A DNA stretch of 64,000 bases from assembly GCF_000315625.1 (NCBI RefSeq), contig NW_005434638.1, positions 464,121 through 528,120 of the forward strand, read 5' to 3'. Below the pieces are notes generated by a model. It saw only the letters and a program-made list of their open reading frames with translations, was not told the origin of the DNA and did not search any database. Below, piece by piece: positions 58,091 through 64,000 of the stretch. The DNA is from Guillardia theta CCMP2712 (lineage: Eukaryota > Protista > Cryptophyta). Position 1 is the stretch's first letter, and every line of letters starts with the position of its first letter. A program made the translations under genes and the position numbers.

Positions 58091-58390
58091 ATGAACTTGG
58101 GCCCTTGCTTGCAGGGGTTGTACCCCGCCGACAGGCTGCAAGGTCGGAGTTGGCTGTTTCTTACTTGATAGCTTGAAGATCCTGAGTGTAATGGCATGTA
58201 GAAACTTAACAGGAATAGAAATCTTTGAAACCTCGTTTGAATCTCTTGTATCAGAATCTCATGTCAATCGCTCTGCACTGTCATGTAGCTTGTTTCTATT
58301 GTCCATCCTACAAAAACAGCAATTGCCTATAAAATGCTGCCTCTATAAATGGCGAATTACAAAAAACTTTAACAAATACAAGTCACCGCC

Positions 58391-60301
58391 ATGCTGGGAG
58401 GCGGGGGCGAGGAGGAGGAGGAGGTGCCGCACTCGTTCATGTGCCCCATCCTCCTAGAGGTCATGCGAGACCCTCACGTTCTCAGGTGACAAGCCCGTCG
58501 AGATGTGCTGATTGTGCGATCTGTCATTGGACATGCCCAAGAATGTTCTGATGAGTTTGCTGCTACCTGATCTGTGGTTCGGTCGATGTTGTTGTTCAAG
58601 CTGTTGTTCGGTGCCGCCGTCTTGCCTCCTTCGTTTGAGCCATCCGGCTTGTGACTCTGTAGAGCATGTCTGACTTGTTCCTAGGGAAACTGGGCACACG
58701 TTCGAAAAAGCAGCGATAGAAGACCACCTGAGGAGGTACAAGACTTGTCCCATCACAGGCATACAGCTCAAGGACACAACGATCGTTCCCAACCATGCTC
58801 TTCGAAACGCCATCGTCGACTATGTTGAGATGAAGCAGCGCACGAGACAGCGAACGGCAGGAGGAGTGGCGATCCCTGACGCATGGATGTTGAAGCGCGA
58901 GAGGATAGTGCTCAAGGGAGCCATTGGCCAGGGGAACCAGGGGACCGTCTATGACGCGGAGCTGCTCAACGGGAACGGGCAGCCGACTCAGGTTGCAGTC
59001 AAGCTGTTGAAGGGTGATAACTTCACCCAGCCGCAGCAGATGAACGAGATCTTCCTTATGCAGAAGGCTACAATCTTGTGCGACCATGTCTGCAAGCTGC
59101 TGGGCATCTGCGAGGACAGGGAAGGGATCCTCATGGTGATGAAGAAGTACGACATGAACCTGCGGCAGCTGTGCGATGCCTCCGGTGGGTCTCTCCCTCC
59201 CGTGTCATGCTGCAAGTATGCCATCGAGATCTGCGAGGCCATGGAGAGCCTGCACGCTCAGAACGTGGTCGCGATGGACCTGAAGCCTCAGAACATCCTG
59301 TGGGAGAAGAGCAGCGACGGAGTCTTCGTCAGCGATCTCGGCACCTCCCGCCAGATGGACTTCAAGTGCAAGAGCTTCAGCCCGGGGCAGGTGATGGGAA
59401 CCCCAAACTACATCTCCCCCGAAGCCTGGAGCCCCCCGGCAGGAGGAGTGACGACCAAGACGGATGTGTGGAGCTTCGGCTGCACTCTGCTGGAGATGAG
59501 CACGGGGAGGATGCCATGGGAGACGATGAAGATCGGGGAGATCATGCGAGCTGTGTGCGAAGAGAACAAGACCCCTGACGTCTCCTCCGCACCCCCCGCG
59601 TTTCATCCTGTGCTGATGGGCTGCTTCATGCGAAACCCGGTTGAGAGGCCGAGCTTTGGGCAGCTCGCCGACTCGTTGAGGGGCGTCATGCAGGAGCTAG
59701 AGAAGCAGGAGAATTCTTACTTCGCCACAGCAGCAAAGATTGCCCGAGGGGCGTTGAGCGCGGGTGCTGCCGGTCGAGGCTCGGAAACACCAGGGGAGGG
59801 TCAATCAAGCTCGGTGAGGGCCCTGATCTGAAGTCGACCCCCTCTCACATCCTCCTCCTGCAGCTCTTTACCATGAAAGCGATGGACTTCGCCATGACGG
59901 GAGCGATTGTTGCTGCCCAGGCGTCGGTCATCAAGGAGCAGACGGGGTCACTGGCTGTCTGCTCAGCGTGTCTGTACTGATCGTCGTGGCTTGCAGGAGG
60001 CTGAAGAGCACGATAACTGCCTCGTCCTTCGTGAAGGACTTGAAGAAGAAGGGGGCGAACATGGTGGCAGAAACTATCACAGAGAGACTCAAGTCCAAGA
60101 GCAGTCAGTACCAGGTGGGAGCGAGAAGGTTGGGGGGGTAACAAAGCAAGTTCTGAGCTCCTTGGACAGGACCGCGTGTGCCAGAAGTTGAAGGAGACGG
60201 TGAGGAGTCAGGAATCTCTCTGGATCTCTGTCTCACTTCCTTGTCAGATGTTGAATGCAGCGGACAAGCTGGAGGAATACTCGAAGCATTCCAGCAGATA
60301 A
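58391..60301 (+). CDS. U-box E3 ligase domain + TKL-like protein kinase; multi-exon
   Basis: VPHSFMCPILLEVMRDP..|ETGHTFEKAAIEDHL...TCPITG...IVPNHALRNAI; GQGNQG, VAVK, MDLKPQN, SDLG, GTPNYISPE, DVWSFG. Confidence 0.9.
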
Positions 60302-61484
60302 CAAACATGATGGCAAGTAGTGTATTATAACTCGTAAACCCTCGTCTCGCAAGGTCTTTCTCGATCGCAGGGTCCACACGCCGCCTCATGGTACCTGCTG
60401 CTCACGTCAAACCGAAAGTCCCACCTTACGAGACTGCTCCATGACAACTCAAGAACGTGATGAGAACACAACAACATTATGTCCGTGAAAATAACAGGAA
60501 CTTCGTCAACGATCAGAGTCCCGTTGTTACATCACGAGGGTGTTGGTGAGTTCTATACCATTGTGAGATGGCCTTCTCACAACGGTTCAAACTCTCACCG
60601 TGCATCATAGCGAGCATGCTAGTGGTGGTGATGGCGGATGAGAGTGAAGATGAGTAGAAGGAGAAAGATGAAGAGGATGGTGAGTGGGACAAGGAGGACA
60701 AGGATGAGGATGAGAGGCAGAAGGACGGGGACTAGGATGTGGAAGAGCAGGAGCATTACGATGCGTAGGGGCAGGAGGAGTATGAGGAGGGGCAGGAGGA
60801 GGGGCAGGAGGAGGAGTAAGAGGAGGAGAGAGGGAGGGGCAGGAGGAGGGGCAAGAGGAGGAGGAGGAGGAGGAGGAGGAGGAGGAGGAGGAGGAGGAGG
60901 ACGGTGAACTGCGTTCGCACATCACTCACGTGCATTCAGTGTCGTTCTCGGTTTCAAAAGCCGTTACCCTTAAACATTGTACTTATCCGTTACGTAACGG
61001 ATGGGGCGCTGGAATAGAGCAGGAAGCAGAGCAGGGGAAGAGAGCCAGGGAATGGGGGGGGGGGGGGGGGGAGAAGGAGGAGGAGGAGGAGGAGGAGGAG
61101 AAAGGTGAGAAGGATGATGATGAAGATGAGGAGGAAGGTGAGAAGGAGGAGGAGGTTCATGATGATGAGGAGGAGAGAGAGTGAGGGAAGGTGGGGGGGA
61201 AGAGAAGGAGGAAATGTTGAGACGAGACTTGGAAGAGGTCTCAGGAAGACAACAGAGCAGTGCAACAGGTCAGGCGCGGGGCAGCAGGAGATCATGGCAG
61301 CGCAGAATGAGAATTTGGTCAGAGTGTGAATGTTTTACACTCTCCATTCCTCATCAGTAGAAGTAGACGTAGAGAGGTCACTGAGTTACTGCGTCACCTC
61401 ACAATGTTTGCGGGCAGGTCCATCCGCCATGGCATCGAAGGAGTAGGGAGAAGGTGCCTGACTGGAACCAACGAGCGTTATAAG

Positions 61485-64000
61485 ATGAAAGGACGGGTGG
61501 GGAAGCGAACGAGACCCCAAGGGATGCTGAAGGTCATGTCCTCTCCTGTCGTGATGTGCTCTCTCGCGATCCTACTCGTCTGGGTATCTGTCTCCTACTA
61601 CTTCGTCAGCTACAGAGTTCCGAGACACGAGGAGCAAGGGTCCCTCCCAGCGCACGAGCCCACCCGCCCGCATCCACGGAAGTCTGTACTTGATGCTCGG
61701 CGACCTATTCGTGTGGACGAGATGAGGCGTGCAGCTGAAGCTCTGGTGGAGAGAGTGGTAGGGCGCAAGGCAGCCCAGGCCTTCCAGATAGAGGTCTTCA
61801 TCAAGTCGAACGAGGACGACGCCGACTCCTTCGAAGTGCATGACCTTGTGACGGTGGATGGAGGACCCCAAAGGATCCTCCTCCGAGGGACCACTGCTGT
61901 CTCCGTGGCGTCTGCTCTCAACTGGTACCTGAGGTATCACTGCAGCGTCGACACCTCTTGGATGTCAAAGTTTCCCCTGGTGCTGCCCCGCCAGCTCCCG
62001 AGGGTTGGCAGGTCGATCGTGAAGCAGAGCTTGGTGAAGTGGGGATACTACGAGAACGTCTGCACCTTCTCGTACACGCAGGCTTGGTGGGACTGGGAGC
62101 GGTGGGAGAGAGAGATCGACTGGATGGCAATGAGCGGCATCAACCTTCCCCTCTCCTTGACTGGCCAGGAGTATATCTCTCAGCGCGTCTTCAGGAGGCT
62201 CGGACTCACAGACGAGCAGATGGCCTCCTACTTCACGGGCCCTGCCTTCCTTGCCTGGAACAGGATGATCAACATCAAGGCCTGGGGAGGGGGCCTCACG
62301 CAGTCCTGGATAGATCAGCAGAGAGATCTCCAGCTCAAGATCCTCGCGAGGGAGAGAGAGCTGGGAATGCTGCCTGTGCTCCCTGCCTTTGCTGGGGGTG
62401 TGCCCGAGGGAATGAAAAGCCTGTTCCCTGAAGCAAAGTTCACCCGCCACGGCAACTGGGGCGGATTCGCTGAGCAGCACTGCTGCGTGATGATGGTGGA
62501 CCCGACGGACCCTCTCTTCCTCAAGATCGGCAAGATGTTCGTCGAGGAGGTGCGAGCGGTCTACGGCAGCAATCACATCTACTCCTGCGACACCTTCAAC
62601 GAGAATCGGCCGAGGAGCGAGCATGGAAGCGTCGGGCTAGACTTCCTGTCGCACTCCTCCCGAGCAGTCTTCGAGTCGATGCGAGCAGCTGACCCCGACG
62701 CCGTGTGGCTGATGCAAGGGTGGCTGTTCATGAACGACGCCAGGTTCTGGCAGAAGAGGGAGCTCGACGCGTATCTCAGCGGCGTGCCTGAGGACAGGAT
62801 GATCATCCTTGACCTCTTCACCGACGTGTTCCCCGTGTGGAAGAGGAGGGACCTGCAGCGGCCGACGCCGATCGAGAAGAGAAGGTGGGTCTGGAACATG
62901 CTACACTCCTTTGGAGGGAATTCAGGCATGTACGGGAGGCTGCAGGTGATCTCCAAGGACCCGGTGGTTGCCAAGAAAGAGTCCCAGACGATGGTGGGGG
63001 TGGGGATCACGACTGAGGGTATCGAGCAGAACCCAGTGGTATATGAGATGATGGCGGAGATGCGGTGGAGGGAGCAGGAGGTCGACGTTATGAGCTGGGT
63101 CGAGAAGTGGGCGGACAGGAGGCTCGGGCCGGAGGCTTCGAGGGAGAGGAAGGCCTTGGGGGAAGAGGCTTGGAGGGAGCTCGCTTCCACTGTCTACAGC
63201 TGCCCGGGCACGCAGATGGGGCAGGTGAAGAGCATGGTGGAGTCGCGGCCGCGGCTAGACTTGGCGTCAGGATGGATCCCTAACTCGGACTTCATGCCCA
63301 TCAAGAGGCACTACCCTGAAGAAGCCCTGGTGCGAGCATGGCTGAAGCTGCTGCGGGCGACGCGAGGAGGAGCCGATGGCTACACGTGCTCGAGCTCTGC
63401 TTCCTTCGACATAGCCGACGTGACCCGTCAGGTCCTCTCCGACCTCTTCGCCAGGCTCTTCCAGCCCCTCTCCTCCTTCTGCCAGACTCGCCTCGCCGGG
63501 TCTGCTGCTGTGCGGTCGTCCGCTCGAGGAGCAATCAGCACGGAGGAGGAGGCGGAGGAGAGGATGCAGACGCTGCTGGGCATCATCTCTGACATGGACA
63601 AGATGGTGGGGACGCAGCCGCGCATGCTGTTGGGGAAGTGGATCGAGGACGCGCGAGCGTGGGGGAAGAGCAAGGAGGAGGAGGAGGTGCTGGAGTTCAA
63701 CGCCAGGAACCTCGTGACGCTGTGGGGGCCGAGGGGAGAGATCGCCGACTACGCCTCGAAGCAGTGGCAGGGGTTGTTGTCAGACTACTACATGAGTAGG
63801 TGGAAGCTCTTCTTCGAGCACCTGCAGCAGGCGATCCGGGGGACACGAATCTTCAGCCAGCAGAGGTTCCAGCAGGAGCTTCTCGTCTTCGAGCAGCAGT
63901 GGCAGACGCGGACTTCGTCCTCCTTCCCCTCCTCCCCCGAGGGAAATGCAGTCGAACTGGCATGGCAGCTGCACGACAAGTACATCAAGCTGATCCAAGG
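61485..64000 (+). CDS. NAGLU: Alpha-N-acetylglucosaminidase (GH89), N-terminal TM anchor, apparently intronless; stop lies beyond window
   Basis: Own translation: ALNWYLRYHC, YYENVCTFSY..AWWDWERWEREIDWMAMSGINLPL, GPAFLAWNRM, CDTFNEN, WLMQGW, TEGIEQNPVVYE, NARNLVTLWG...DYASKQW. Confidence 0.95.
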   Translation, partial: MKGRVGKRTRPQGMLKVMSSPVVMCSLAILLVWVSVSYYFVSYRVPRHEEQGSLPAHEPTRPHPRKSVLDARRPIRVDEMRRAAEALVERVVGRKAAQAFQIEVFIKSNEDDADSFEVHDLVTVDGGPQRILLRGTTAVSVASALNWYLRYHCSVDTSWMSKFPLVLPRQLPRVGRSIVKQSLVKWGYYENVCTFSYTQAWWDWERWEREIDWMAMSGINLPLSLTGQEYISQRVFRRLGLTDEQMASYFTGPAFLAWNRMINIKAWGGGLTQSWIDQQRDLQLKILARERELGMLPVLPAFAGGVPEGMKSLFPEAKFTRHGNWGGFAEQHCCVMMVDPTDPLFLKIGKMFVEEVRAVYGSNHIYSCDTFNENRPRSEHGSVGLDFLSHSSRAVFESMRAADPDAVWLMQGWLFMNDARFWQKRELDAYLSGVPEDRMIILDLFTDVFPVWKRRDLQRPTPIEKRRWVWNMLHSFGGNSGMYGRLQVISKDPVVAKKESQTMVGVGITTEGIEQNPVVYEMMAEMRWREQEVDVMSWVEKWADRRLGPEASRERKALGEEAWRELASTVYSCPGTQMGQVKSMVESRPRLDLASGWIPNSDFMPIKRHYPEEALVRAWLKLLRATRGGADGYTCSSSASFDIADVTRQVLSDLFARLFQPLSSFCQTRLAGSAAVRSSARGAISTEEEAEERMQTLLGIISDMDKMVGTQPRMLLGKWIEDARAWGKSKEEEEVLEFNARNLVTLWGPRGEIADYASKQWQGLLSDYYMSRWKLFFEHLQQAIRGTRIFSQQRFQQELLVFEQQWQTRTSSSFPSSPEGNAVELAWQLHDKYIKLIQ

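Noticed and set aside
60320-61430. Possible small spliced minus-strand gene between the kinase and NAGLU
   Set aside because: Splice-like sites and repeat-filled intron-like tracts exist, but I could not build a consistent frame or recognise a domain
61572-63998. Many short listed ORFs
   Set aside because: Shadow frames of the long NAGLU ORF

Overview
Eukaryotic, gene-dense nuclear DNA with many very short (~45-55 nt) introns plus longer introns filled with microsatellites. The style, a bipartite signal+F plastid leader and the gene set suggest a cryptophyte alga such as Guillardia theta (inference). About 20 protein genes are supported: EEP-family hydrolase (partial), orphan membrane protein, FYVE protein, BBS10-like chaperonin, coiled-coil/PDZ, RINT1/TIP20, a large ARM+8xFN3 protein, M13 neprilysin, two paralogous pectinacetylesterase-like+2xLysM secreted proteins, signal-peptide Myb+ankyrin protein, RCL1, plastid-targeted NFACT-R, WD40, dual-LOV photoreceptor-like, VAC14-like, IPK1, U-box kinase and an intronless GH89 alpha-N-acetylglucosaminidase (absent from the ORF track because it runs off the window end). 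Most notable: (1) both esterase-LysM paralogs appear to lack the catalytic Ser (candidate pseudo-enzyme glycan receptors); (2) a recurring non-coding architecture of GC-rich palindrome islands flanked by GGGGTA/TACCCC tracts, with a conserved 22-35 bp AT-rich motif in three islands; (3) signal peptide + LRGG leaders, including one on a Myb protein; (4) a kinase-less dual-LOV protein whose LOV1 has lost the photoactive Cys. Exon boundaries were read by eye and are approximate. No rRNA, tRNA, CRISPR or recognisable transposon ORFs were seen.
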